DNA of 64,000 nucleotides from Amoebophrya sp. A120 (GCA_905178155.1 CAJINV010000008.1:2046001-2110000), one strand, 5' to 3'; numbered from the stretch's first letter, positions 50,580-63,851 are shown. Notes: generated from the letters alone by a model not told the origin. Numbers and translations are program-made.

Positions 50580-53500
50580 ATGTCGAGCTTCTTGATTGAG
50601 ACGCTCCGGGTGACGAAGACCCTGACCCAGTCCCTCGGCGCGACTACGGATAGCATCTATGATGTCTTGGATCCTGAGAAGGAGCAATTTGGCACTGTTG
50701 TTGTGTTTCGCCACACGTACTCACGGTTCTACATACTTCTTTGCATTTGGTGAGGAAGAAGAACAAAAAGAGATGAACATTTTGACTCTTGAACTTTCGC
50801 CTACCCTGGATTGATTTATTTTGATCCTATGACAACATGATCTTTTTCCCCTTGATACCCGGGCCGCTGCGGCAGTTTCTGAACCGACTGAATTCCATGT
50901 CGGACGCTATGGTCCGGAAGACGATTCAGCAGTCGTACGCGTTTTTGCCGCACACCGCGAAGAATTCAGAGACCGCGAAAAACTTCGAGATGTTTGTGTT
51001 GTCCGCCCGCAGTGCCGTGAATGCGCTGACGGATAGTGCGAGCGAGCAAACTTTGAAAGCGACGATGCAGCAAGTGGCTGACCACGCAAACGAAAGCATG
51101 CAGATCATTGACCGCGAAAAGTTCAAGGTACTGGGTCCGGACGACCACATATCCTGTGTAAAAACGTCTCCACCCCATAGGAAATCTGCTAGACAAGTCA
51201 ACAAGCTTCAGTTGCTGCGCATGACAAGTTTGGCCGTGTAGGGTAATAATCCTGTTGAGCTTGTTCAGCAACATCACAGATGTAGCATATAATGCCGATT
51301 GGAGCATGACAAGTTCCAAAATGCGACTAGATAATGCTTCTCATGGGGCTCTTAGCAGGTAGATTTGCATTACATTTACAACTACGGGATGGGGACGTGT
51401 TTACATAGAATACCACAACTGGGCGACCATCAAGGTCCTCGACGATATTTGGAAGCGAAATTTGGAGTTGGGTCGAATCGAAGACCTGCAGGACGTCGAG
51501 GGAGCAGACGTCCACGGTCTCGCACTGGGAGCAGGTGTATAAACGAGTAGTTTTTGATTTATCCATAATCAACAGCCGAATAGAGCAGGAATATTGTCTA
51601 GCAAGTATATCTATGTTGATTTCACAGCAGCAATGATAATGAAACGACATCGAGTGTCACCTTCACCCATGCATGTTACCTACTTTCGCGCCGCGGTAGT
51701 CCTCTGCAGAAGGTACTACGGCTGCTGAGATGAGTTCCTATGGGTAGAAGTTCATTGAAATTCGAAAAAAGACGCGACAACTTACTTTCCTGCAACACTC
51801 GTCCTACAGGGGCTTCCCGCCCCCGTTTTTCGCGCAAGGACGCCCGGGAATTTGTGCGGGTCATGAAGGAGGCGCGCAAGCAGCGTGGCGGCGATTTTCT
51901 GTTGCAGAAGTATGTGGAAAATTTGCTCGAGGACGCGGCGTTTCAGCGGGTGTCGCACCTGCCCGTCGCTTTGGAAAGGAAGCTTTACTACGATATCACG
52001 CGGTCCGTGCTGCAGATCTTGGAACTGGCGCTCACGAAACTGCACAACTTCGACATCGTGGGACACAGTGTGCAAGTCGAGTTTTCTCTCGCCTCGCAAG
52101 CGGAGGCGGCCAAGACCGGCCAGCATGTGGTAAGAAATAGTCTAATAGATTCTTTGGCAAGCAAAGTACGAGCGCCGTACCAAAGATATGGGATCATACA
52201 CCAGTAGGGGAGAACCATTTACAAGCATTTTTCGGGCGTTTTGCATCAGGCGGACAAGATGGAACAAATGAGGAACGATCAAAACGGAGTCTTCCTAAAA
52301 ACAGACGAAGCCCCTGCGTCACTGGACGCGAATCAATGAAAGTCGCGTGGAGATGGTGATTCAGCAGATCATGCAAGACCACCGCGATATGCGCAAGTAC
52401 GAGAAGCTGGTACCCATCATCGAGACGCAGTTCATCACCACCGTGGCACAAGTCAGTATGCGCCTGGTGACCGACCTCTTCTGCGACGAGCGGATCAAGA
52501 TCCGCGTGCTCGGCCACAACCTGCGATGGAATTTCGATCCCATGAGCACAGACGCCATAGAACGAATGTTCCAGGTAAGCTTTTCTTCATCTTGATCTTA
52601 TATGCCGGTGGCTTTGATCATATTGATGTTGATGTACTTCTGTCGTATACTAGCCTTCATCTCGTCGTTGAAAAGAAGATTCATTTGTTACTGTGTTTTT
52701 TCGTCGCAAGTGAGCCGCGTGAACATCAATGATGTCCACAGAACCGCACCAGCGAGCGTGCCCGGGTGAACACGGAGGCCATTGCTTTGTTTGTTGATGA
52801 ATTGCTGAATGACGAGGAGTTGAACATCCTTTGGCTTCCGGACGTGATAGAGTCGGAGATCTACAAGCACGCGCTGACCACGGTGATTGCCATGCTCGAG
52901 GACGTGCTCGCGAGTCTGGAGATTACGGTGCTCGGACTACAGTTCCGGTTTTCGCTGATCTCCGCCATACTGAAGAACGACCCCTTCCGCGCCGTGAACA
53001 ACAACCTGGCGAATACCGCCAAGATCGGCCCCGCCGAGGGGACCGCGGACGGGGGCGGTAATTACAGTAGTATGCCCGGCAATACTAGTAGTGCCTTCGG
53101 TAGTACTACATCAGGTGCAGCAAGAACGTCTGCGACAGGAGTGGATTCAACAAGCGTACCTATTGCTGCTGCTGGAACTGGTACAGCTACACCGGGTCAA
53201 CATCTTGATCATCTGGCAGCTGCTCCGGCCAGTCCCGCCTCCAACCCGCAGTTGACACTTTACACGACCCACGCGGAGCTGCAGGACCGGCTGAAAGCCA
53301 TCTACAAGGAGACCGCCCTCCTGGAGAACGCCTTGGCGGAAAAGACCGGCACCTTTCAAAAATCTAAGGGCCGACAAGACACGACCAGGGCGGCTTTCTT
53401 TTCAGAAGGGCCTTTGGGGGACGAGGAGTTCGGACTGCGCAAAAAGCAGTCCGCCGTGTACGACCCGGCCACCGGGGAGATTCTCGCACCCGCCGTGGAT

Positions 53501-54517
53501 CCAGAAGAGCAACCGTCCTCCGAAGTACAAAATGTTTCTTCCTCCTTGGCCGACCGCAGCAAACTCGAGTTCCAGAAGCTGGCTGCGCAGGAGTCGAAGC
53601 TCGCGCGGTTCCTGCAGGTGCGGACAACGTTGAAGGACATCGACATCGGGATCGTGTACGACATGATGAAGGATGTGGAGACGTACCCCACCTGGATGCC
53701 GATGTGCACGAAGGGCACGAAACTGTCCGACCAGCAGGTTTTGGTGGGGTTCGGTATCGACACGAAGACGCTGCTGGGCACCCTCGGCGACGACGTCAAG
53801 TACGACCTGGTGCTGTCCCCGCCGGCAAGAAGTAGTAGCACTTCTTCCGGCTTGAGAACAAGTAGTTCTACTTCATCCGAAGAAGTAGATGTGGGCGGTG
53901 CGCCGGATCAGGTTGTATCTGCGTCGTCTTCCAAGAAGACGAATCACGACCTCGAAGCGCGCGTGGTGTCCGACACGGGAAAGAATGGGTTTGCGTACGG
54001 GGACCGGTTGGTGTATGACTGGGTGTTTTTCTCCTCGGGGGAAACCCGGGAGACCGAAGTCGCCCTCAACTTGTTTCTCCAGGTGAACTCGGTGCTGTAC
54101 CTCCCGATCTGGGACGCCTTGCAAAAAGTGCTCACCGACCAGATGCTGCAAGCCTTCGAGAAAGAAGCAGAAAGGAGGAGTGCTGCTGCAAAAAGAAGTG
54201 CTGCATCGTCTACAGAAGGTACTGCTAGTAAGGGGGCGTCCAAGGACTTTGTATCATCTGAAGTTGAAGAAACCGAACGTGCTGTATCAAGCGCGGGGAT
54301 GAAAGAGGATGCGGCAAGTGTTGTTGCAGAGACAAGAGGCAGTACAGAAGGAGAAGCACAGGTGGAGTCTTCCACACAGAAGAAAGACACGTCGGCCACT
54401 GATGGGTCAGACCACTTGCCGACGGACGGCCTGAAGGAACCTAGTAGCGGCACGAAGAAGAAGGCACCGGCAAAGAATGCTAAGGCCGCTCAGGGAAACA
54501 AAAAGACGATCAAATGA
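50580..54517 (+). CDS. Multi-exon protein with helical repeats and a C-terminal COQ10/START (SRPBCC)-like domain
   Basis: VYDMMKDVETYPTWMPMC motif and terminal helix MLQAFEKEA; repeated unit YVENLLED..HLPVALERKLY / FVDELLND..WLPDVIESEIY; internal junctions partly approximate. Confidence 0.7.
51150..51412. mobile_element. Introner, family B
   Basis: Direct repeat CCACA; join PDDH|NWATIK. Confidence 0.92.
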
Positions 54518-55069
54518 AGGACGGACACTTTTTCTAGAGTAGAGCTTGATTCTGATTGATCATTCAGCACAGACATCTAGAGTTCTTTTGCTAGCTTATC
54601 AGACCTCACTCAGCCGACCGCTACTTCCCATACTGCGGTTGTATTGCTCTTCGTTCCTGATGTTCATGACGCTAGTGTGCTGCGTGGCTTCGCGGAATGC
54701 AGCCAGCTCCGTGCTGATGGTGATCACAAAGGTGTCACCCCGGAGGGCGGAACCGACCTGGTTAAAAAGTGTGTGTCAAAGTATCGCACTGGTAAGCGAA
54801 GGGAAAAACGTTGAGTGTTGCACCCTCGCGCTACCGTTTCATGTGAATCGGCCGCGTGAACAGGTGGACGCGAAGCGAGATCCGCGAAAAGCAAAATTGG
54901 TAGAAGAAAAGGCCCTGCGTGCTAGGAATATGATAATGATGATGAGAGTGTAGGGAGAGTCTCCAAAAGGTTTTTTCTCATTGATGACGGGGTTTGATAT
55001 GTTTTCCCCAAGAGAAAGCAGAGTTTGAAGAAGCCGCTTTCTTGTTGCGGTGCTCCAATTTTTCTGCAG

Positions 55070-56620
55070 ATGTTTTCTGGTCGTGGTCGACATGCTGTGT
55101 GGAACTCCGCTTACTTTTTTTGCGGATGCGGAGCTTCGTTGTCGACTACGTCCTCAGCAGGCCTACGCGGGCGTGGCCGACAGACAGTGGAGGACCGCAT
55201 CAAGAAGGAGATATTTGCTGAGTACCGTCCCGACACGCCGCCTAATGAGTAAGCGGCCGATCCGACGGCTCCTCTGGACGTTCACATTGGAGTGGCTTTG
55301 CGTGCCGTGCAGCAGTTGGACCAACTTTCGGGGACCCAGATTCTGAACGTGTGGCTGCGCGAAAGGTGGACCGACACGCGGCTGAGTTGGAACGCGACCG
55401 AGCCGGGCGCTCCGAAGATGATGCAGGTCCCCGTCGACGAGAGGTTGAGGAAAACCCCGATCTGGACGCCGGACCTGTACCTGCTGAACACGGCCGAAAA
55501 GCCCATGAGCGAAATCGAGAACGGCCTGGCAACGGCGTACCCGGACGGCACGGTCGTGTGGTTACGTCCCGGGATGTTGACGGCAACCTGCGTGTTCGAT
55601 CTCGAGGATTTTCCGCGCGACAAACAGAGTTGCTTCGTGGAATTCAGTTCTTGGGTGTACGATGTGGGCATGCTGGCCTTAAAGCCGTACGCGGGGACGT
55701 GGGAAGCCTCTCTCGACCTGGCCGTGTTGGATCCCAGCGTGGAGTGGCATGTCAGCGGGAACTTCGTCAGGCTCAATCGGGTTCTCTTCGGCTGCTGTCC
55801 AAATTCGTACGAGACCGTCCGTTTTTCCTACAGCGCAGTGCGAAAGTTTGAGTTCTACAATGCGATGTTTTTGAAGCCGGCCGTGGGCCTGATGGCGCTC
55901 GGGTTCTTCGCCGTCCTCATTCCTTTCATGATCGGCGAACGGATTTCCTTCTCCGCTACCATTCTGCTGTCTTTGGTCGTTTTTCAGTTGATACTGTCGG
56001 AGCACCTCCCCCGTAGCTCGAAGGCCACTTCACTGACGCGCCAGATCGACATGATGATGACTTTTGCCTGCGTCTACATCATCTTCGTAATTGTGTTGAC
56101 GGCGTTGCAAGCGGGGACTTTTGCGGAGTACAGGACGTTCTTTGCCGACTTGCGCCGGAAACTTCTTCGCGGTGGTGCTGGGAAGGCTAACGAAGAGCGA
56201 GCCTCGCTGGCCTCTCATTTCGCGCAGGGTACGGCACCGGTCCGCTACGCGAGTGTCAAAATTTCGCAGCTGGAGCAAGAAACAGATCGTCTGCGTCTTC
56301 TCCTTCGGGACGAAAGCCAAGTTCGTGCAGGTGAAAGCAGAGCATTCGGAACCACGAGCCACTACAGTGTTTCTGGAGCAAAAAAAGACAGCTGCTCTTT
56401 CGCGGCCCCAAATAAAACTTCCTCGCTTTCGGTGCAAAATCCGGCAGCGATCACCCTGCACGTCAACGATACCGCTCTGCATGAGACTGATGCTTCGCGA
56501 GCGACTACTGGTAAACAAGATGTGCCGCCAGCTGGGATTCTTGCCGACGAGGCTGGGTCGCCAGCGTCGGGCTGCTTCAAGTCAAATTCACGCAGCGGTC
56601 CTATGCCGATGCGGAAATAA
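55070..56620 (+). CDS. Cys-loop ligand-gated ion channel, nAChR-alpha-like; in-frame TAA at 55250-55252 (possible pseudogene); M4 not located
   Basis: WTDTRLSW, IWTPDLYLLN, Cys loop CVFDLEDFPRDKQSC (C-x13-C), SWVYD, loop-C GCCPNSY, M1-M3 with GERISFSATILLSLVVF. Confidence 0.85.
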
Positions 56621-58504
56621 ACAACACCTTCGGGCATTCGGACAATTCATCTATGCAACACTCATACAGTAAACTTTGAATACCACCTGGACGTCTTTGG
56701 CTGTTTGTGTGATACACGTCACGACCTGCGCCGCCGATGGCACATCCTTCTCTTGCGTGTGCTGCAAGTAGCAGATGCTACAAGTCATGCAGGTGGTAAA
56801 TGGCCAGGAGTGCGAGTGGCGCCATCTTCGTGTTACCACATTTCTAAGATCATCAGCAGGACCAGCAGCACCGTACGGGTACCGGAAGAGCTCGTCGGAC
56901 TAACAGTGAGAACTCTGGTGGAAGGTGTTGCAAATCAATAAGTGAGTATCCATCTCCTGCTGCAGGAACGAATGGCAAGAAAAGCAGAAGGCGCAGACAC
57001 CATAATTATACAGAGTTTCATTTGTTTCTAGTTTCCTGTATTTCATCTTCTGTTGAAGCATTTCCGTAGCATACCATAGATATGTATGGATTTCTGTCGA
57101 CATGTTCGTTTTCACTTTCCGCACAGAACACCGCCATCAGTGAACGAATATCCCTCCTCCAATGCGAAAGAGAAGCGTTATTAGAGGACCACGTTGAACA
57201 GACTACATTCATCAACGCGACGAGCACGAGATGGCTGTATATGAAGCAAGTGGGTTGTAGTTCACACGTGTGCTCTCATTTTTGGCTTTCTGTCTCCAAG
57301 AGAAATGCTGACGTAGATGAGGTGGATATGCATACTTCTTCGAAAGAGAGGAAGAGCAGCAGTTATGAAAGTGGTATCGCGCATAAAATTCGCGATGATG
57401 TAGCGCGATGTGTTCCAACTATGAGATTGGTTTTGGTAGTATTTTAGAACAAAAACGACTTATGTGCTTCTGTATGCAAGCACATTGTGCGTCGTTCATG
57501 CCGCTGAAGCCAGATCCGCTCCCTCCCGCTTTTTTCAGGGGCGCAAATACTTCTCGTCCACTTGCAATTTGTGAGCACCTCGTCCGACATCTTGTCTGTG
57601 TCTGCAAAATGTTTCACCTTTCTGTGCCCACGCGGTTCATGTACATGAAGCATGCATAACAAGGGTAAAAGTGATATCTTTGAAAGATCACTCGACATGC
57701 AAAGCGTAAGTAAATTGGCTGACATCCAAACCACAACGTTGTTGAAGCTCTTTTGATGGCACTTTATTGCGACTCGAAATGCTAGTGCGCAGTGAATGGT
57801 AGAGGATAATATGCGTGTACGCTTTCCTATTTGCAACACGCGGTGGGTACGTAAACAAATAAGATACAATTGCTCGCTCAGCAGCAGTAAGGAGCGTTGT
57901 TGGGTTCTTGTTTAGTAGCGGTAATTATCAAGGATTGTTGGGCGTATTCAATTTCAATATCAATACCCAAGTCGTCGTCGCTAACGCTACTCGTAAAGGA
58001 AGAATCCGTCGTTGTTGTCGTTCAATGCGTCGTCGCAAGCTTGTGAATGCGTATGCGCCTGGTCGTTCTTTTCGTACAGTCTTCGAAGCAGGTATCAAGT
58101 TCAAATAAAATAGGCCTCGCTCGTTGAAACTCATTGATGAGGAAACGACCAGCGTAGTTGTTTTTCGTGCAGTTCAAGTTCTTGCGTCACGGCCTTTCGT
58201 GCACAACAGCTACGTACAAAATTAGACACACCCAGAATTCGTCCGTATAGCACAAGCATAATGATGTAGCGTTTGGTTAGGTAAGGAAGTAGTAGTAGTA
58301 CACAATCAATGAGTATGAGTCGACAGTAGTTTTTGAGGAAACCACCTCGTTCAAACGAAGGCCGCCCCCTTTACATCGATATCCCGATATTGCGTGGCCC
58401 AACTTGGAAACAAGCCGAAGCGTTTTCAGTAGGGGAAACAAAAGAGTAACCATTTGATTTCCTCCTATCACTAGTAGACAAAACTTGAAGTATAAACGCC
58501 AATC

Positions 58505-61500
58505 ATGTCGCGAGTGACCATGACGTACTCGATGACGGGGCTGTGTCCCGTAATCTTGTTCTCTTCGCCAACCGAGGCTTTTTTGGTGCGAGTAAAGGAA
58601 CCCACGGACAGCTCAAATGCGCATGACCATCATGATGCAACCGCAAGCCTCGACTCGCGTGCTGCCTCGTCGCATGGAGGTAACTCACTAGAGTCGTCTC
58701 TATTGCAGCGGCGCGGCAGGGTCGCCCGGTCTGAAACTACAATCAGAGATGCTGTTGACAGAAGTTTTCTCGATCTGGAAAAAACCGTTGCTGCAGCTAT
58801 TGCACAACCTGGCGACTACAAGAGAGAAGACAGCAACGTCGGCGATTCTAATCTGAATCGTGACGACGGGAAGTATGATGTTGGCCCTCATGTTGATCAA
58901 CGCCGTACCACGCGAACTGCAGGAGATCGAAGCGGTCGCTCGAAGCTCTTGCAGCGGAGCGCAGTACAAAATGGACGGGTAGATAAAGCAAGACTCGGTG
59001 GCGTTTCCGCAAACACGCTCTACTCCGACAAAAATTTTACCAACGCCTCTGCGTTGTCCTTTACGCAGGAGCAGCTCGACCTTGTGGAGGCCCGCGTGAA
59101 GAATCTCACCAGGACGATCGACGAGGAAATTCTGAGTACGTGCGCTGAAGAAGGGCAACAGGAAGGGAAACCCTTGAGACAGGCCAGTAACCTCGCGCCG
59201 CGATTCGCGCAGGAGGGATCATGCGATCATAATGCCGGTTCGTGTGCGCCGCTGGGAGGCGGGTGGGAGGTTTCTTTGGCAGGCAGTTCGGAAACAACGG
59301 TTGTCGGAAATCTGCAGCGAGCGTCGTTTTCTGAAGGGGATAATTAGTTCGACACTCAGATAAGTCGCCCTGTCGGCGAGAGGGAGAGCTTTTTTCCACG
59401 GATCCAAGCACGGTGGGCCAACAATGGGTTCCACTACAGTAGCACTGGCGCGCGCATCGACGATGACGGAACGATCTACCGAGACCAGAACTTTGACCAG
59501 GGCGCTGCTGCCGTGAATGTGACTGCGGACCTGGAACGTGAGAAAAATTTTGACAAATGCGTCGCTGCGCGCGTCGCAGGCTTGTTCGTGGACAGTTTTT
59601 ACTTTGAAGGGCTTCCGGGCAGTTCAGGAAGGAACTCCTCGTCCAACAGAACGGCGCAAACTCGCGCTGCCGCAGCTGCACTTCTGCCTGACGTCGCGTA
59701 CGCTAGCTTCGGGTTCGCAGCCACAGGCAGGCTGGTGGAGTGGCCGCAGGTGGACGTCACGATCAATACAAACGCCAACGGACGACACCACGATGACGCT
59801 CCCACAGCGGTGAAGGGCAACTACACCGAGCTACGGGCGCGGATGCGCAACCTGGACGGTCGAAAGACCCCTTGGTACGAACGAGCGACATCTGGGAAGA
59901 GTAGCCGTGTCCGGGGCAAGAACGTGGTTATCGCTGTCGACGCTTCATGGTCGATGAGCAAGCATGGAAAGTGGGAGGCTACCGGGATCGCGGTCCGGAA
60001 ACTGCTGGACACTTTGGCGCCGGAGGACCGTTTTACTCTTTTTCAGTGGTCGAATGAAAGTCCAGAAGAGGACGAGGGGGTACTGGTGCAAACGGCACCG
60101 AAGAAGTTAGCATCGCTGGAGCTGCTGGCCGCTTCGCAGGATAATGTGCGCATCGCGAAGAATTGGATAAAGAAGATGGATCATAATTTCGGGTACGGAC
60201 CAGGGCCGGCGTTTCTGGGGCTCTCGCTTGCGGCGGGATTCGGTATCTTCCCCAAGGACGTGAGGGAAAAGTGGGGTACTGAGTCGCTGACGGTCCCTAC
60301 CCCAACGCAAGACTGCATCCGAGACGAGGACTTCTGTGGCGGCACCGTCCTTTTGATCACGGACGCAGAAGTCGGCGACTTGTTTGCTAACCGTGGAAAC
60401 AAAGATAAGGCTGCATCGCTGCAGGCTCTTTTTCCCGAGAGATGGGGCGTCACTCTCTCCGCCTACGTCATCGCTCCAGCAACGAAGAACGTGATTGGCA
60501 GCTGGAAGTCTTTCAAGCAACTGTCGGAGAATCATGGCGGCTATCCGGTGCTGATCGACTACACCAAGAATGATATGGCCTCCACATCTGATATGGCGAG
60601 CACGATTCTGGGCTACCAAAAGATGGACGAAAGAAAGCTCGTGCAGCAGGAAAAAGTCGCCAATGTCGTCAAGTGGGTCCGCTACTACGATCCCCTCACC
60701 GGCAGGCAGCGGCTCTCCGCCTGCACAAAAATCTTCTCGTCCGGTCCGTATGTAGAAGAGGAAGCAACTTTCAGGGAGCTGAAGCACTACGCTGTTTTTT
60801 GCCTTGATGCTGCCCTGGTCCTGCGTGAGTCCTTTGAAGAGCGCTTGCGCTGTTTGCCGTTCTTGAGGGAAGAAATCAAGGCGAGGGCAAGAGCGGAGCA
60901 GCGCATAACTGCGCCCTGCCCCGCGTATGAATTTCGCGAAGAACGATGCGCAGCCAACAGCATGACCGGAAGAGGAGCCTTATACAACGAAACACTGAAC
61001 AAGGAAACTTTCTTATGGCCTAGTGGCAACCCCATGAAAAGAATCGGCAAAAATGCAAAAGCGTTCAAAATTTCGGGGGAATCGTTCGAAGATTTGTCCA
61101 ACCGGACCAAGTACCTTCGAAGTTGTACCGAAGCTGGAAAGTGTACAAACGCGACCGCCTCCACAGACGGAAGCGGAGAGGACCTGTTCAAAATGCCTCT
61201 GAATGCCCTCGGCCAAGAGGATGGGTGTGCCACCACGAGTACCACAACTACGCCAACTCGAACCACCACCATGAGTACCACCAGAGGCAGCGCCCACGGC
61301 GAAAAGATGCTACCGTCGTCCCGGGACGTCGCGCCAAGTGTGCCACAAGACGCCCCGCCAGGAGGTGTTGATACGGATTGCAAAATCAATACAAATACTG
61401 TCAGGGATTGGCATATTTTGAAGATAGACACATGGTAAAATTAGTCGTGGTAGTAGTATGTCATAAAGATGAAGACGATGTGATGCTGAAAATTAAAATT

Positions 61501-61830
61501 TCGCGACTTCTGCAGCAAGGGCTTGCAAAGCATACTGCGAAAAAAGATACCAATACCGTCGGATGAAACGCAGGTTCGATGACGATTAGTGCACCGATGA
61601 TTTCCGTTCCAATGCGTAGAATTATGCGTTTTATCATCGAGCAGATTAAAAACGATTTCTTTATCGCGAACCCTGGCAGAATGTGTTTGCACGTCTTGAT
61701 AAACGACAACGAGTCTTCTTGCGATTGCTGTGTTGTGCTTATGCTGATTGCCGCCGCCCTTCTGGTGATCCTCGCAGCAGCCCTGTGGCTGCACTTGAAG
61801 CGCGCACCAGAAGACACCAGTGGGACTTGA
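58505..61830 (+). CDS. alpha2delta-like vWA-domain type-I membrane protein
   Basis: Signal-like N-terminus; LDGRKTPWYERATSG..KNVVIAVDASWSM (MIDAS DxSxS), LLDTLAPEDRF, LLITDA; Thr-rich stalk; TM exon near 61729-61830. Stop at 59345 needs an intron or readthrough. Confidence 0.75.
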
Positions 61831-62970
61831 CAATATTTCGGCACCGGAGTGGCCAACGAAAGCGGATAGGAGAGCAACGAGGACAGTGGAAACGCTGTCT
61901 AAACTGATGAGTGCTTAAAGAAAGTAGCCACCAGAGGACTTTCATAGTGAGTAGGTCTCTCAATTTTGCGGAACGTTTGATCTTTCCCTTTCGTCGTTTA
62001 CGTGCTATGACTTACGTACAAAAAGTAAGAAACACAAAAACAAAAGTCACCCCTTCTTACCAAAGAGTAAAACTGTCACGGCTCGTCTTTATGTATACCC
62101 CTCGTTTCGCGCCGTACAGAATCAAAAACTTTCCCCCTTTGATAGTACCCGGAAGTTTAGAAATACCCCGTTTTGTTCGCAATTCCTCTTGTGTTGTTTC
62201 TCCAGCCTGAGCCAAAAAAATGCTTAGCCAGTTCGTATTTTTTTTTTATCAGAGTCACGTGGAATCCGAATCCACGCGACCAGCCTTAGCAAACACAAAC
62301 ACTTTCTACTATGCGCTTTTTTGTTGATTGTATGCATCGCTACGCCGCATTTTCGGAACAGGCGACGACACCAGCCAGAGTATTTCGCATTCTTCATGAG
62401 GAGAATTTTTGAGGTTCTTTGATTGATCGGACCAAATTTTCAGTACGGGGGTGTCGAGTCGTCTTCGAACGTTTATCAAGTCATCGGAAAATGGAAATGC
62501 GTCTCTGCAGTTCTTCCTGCTTCGGAAGCTAAGCGGAAGAAGGATGCAGGAGTTGCATATTTTTGAATTTGCCATGTCAGATACATGTTGAATCCGGCAT
62601 CGTGCGCGTCGTTTCATAATGGTTTTTCGTACACTTCCCTGCGATGGATGGTCGTCAATCAGTTGACTTTTGACTTTTCGTGCAGCACAGAACAAGTTCT
62701 CGTCGTTGGAAACTCGTTTACAGCCCCTGATTCGTTCACAGCGACTGATCTGTCGATCCCCGCTTACGTTTTTTCTTTCGTGCTGAACAATAGAGTACCG
62801 TAGAAACTGCTGAAATGTATAGTACCTAAAAAGAGACAAACAGAAGTATCGTCCACTTGTCGTCCTCGTGCGCACTATCATGATCTAAAGTCGATGCTAG
62901 GGGCTACCTATTTTGGCTCTGGGAAAAGTAATACGCCTTTGCGCAGGACCATAATATCGTTTCCGCTTAA

Positions 62971-63851
62971 GAGGCTGTGCAACAATTGGACCCCCTTTCG
63001 CCAAGGCGAAAGGGGGGGGGGTAGGTTGGTCCAATTCCGGAGGACGGGAGCGGGCACCCCGACGCAAGGGTGAAAGGCGCGCCCGGCGGTCTCGCCTCAC
63101 AACAGACAGTCGAACGCCCGGCGGCTCTTCTTCGTGTGGCGCCTTCGCAAGAGGCGGCTAGTTGTTGGTTGGCAGTAGGCGCACAGGCGTACTACGCAAC
63201 GAGGCCGAAGCCAAATGCCTGCGATCTATGGGCGCGCTCCGAACCCGGCGCGCTGTAACATGTGGGCGCGCGCAGGACCAGGAGGGCGCGCGCCCGCGCT
63301 GTTTTTTTTCGCATTCCGAGCAGGAAGTCGCATCGGGCCGATTGTGGGCGCCCCAGCCATGTGTTGGCCCCGGGCTCCACGTGCTGCTCGGGGGTGCTTG
63401 ACAAGTCGGCGGGCGCACGGAGTGCGCCCGAAGTTTTTTTTTGCCTCTTGTTGTGAGGCGCTGGCGGAGGGGAGGGAGGCATGCGCGCGCTGTCAGGGCC
63501 GGCGACTACAGATGTGCGCAGGCATGTTGCAGGGCGATGCGAATGTAGCCGCACCGGGCGCGCGCAGCGCGCCCCGCAAAATTTTGCACATTACGCGCGC
63601 GCAGGGCCGACAAATAAAAGGAACACAGCAGGGGGCGCGCGCAGCGCGAATTTTTTTTCAATTCTGGCAGCACGAGGACGAGCACAGGACGCAACTCAAG
63701 GCCCGCTCGCAGCGGGCACGCGCCCCGCAATTTTCTTTACTGCGCACGGCTCCCGGCGAAAGGGGGGGGGGGAGGGGGGAGGTTGGTCCCCAGCGGGCCG
63801 CTACCCCCCCTTTCGCCATGGCGAAAGGGGGTCCAATTGTCGCACAGCCTC
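62971..63851. mobile_element. Non-autonomous TIR element (MITE), PIF/Harbinger(Tourist)-like
   Basis: 51-54-bp TIRs gaggctgtgc.acaattggaccccctttcgcca.ggcgaaaggggggg..tag at 62971-63024 and 63801-63851; TAA on both sides; GC-rich interior without a credible ORF. Confidence 0.88.

Noticed and set aside
62309-62881. 190-aa minus-strand ORF beside the MITE as a possible transposase
   Set aside because: No DDE or other recognisable motif, and it lies outside the TIRs.
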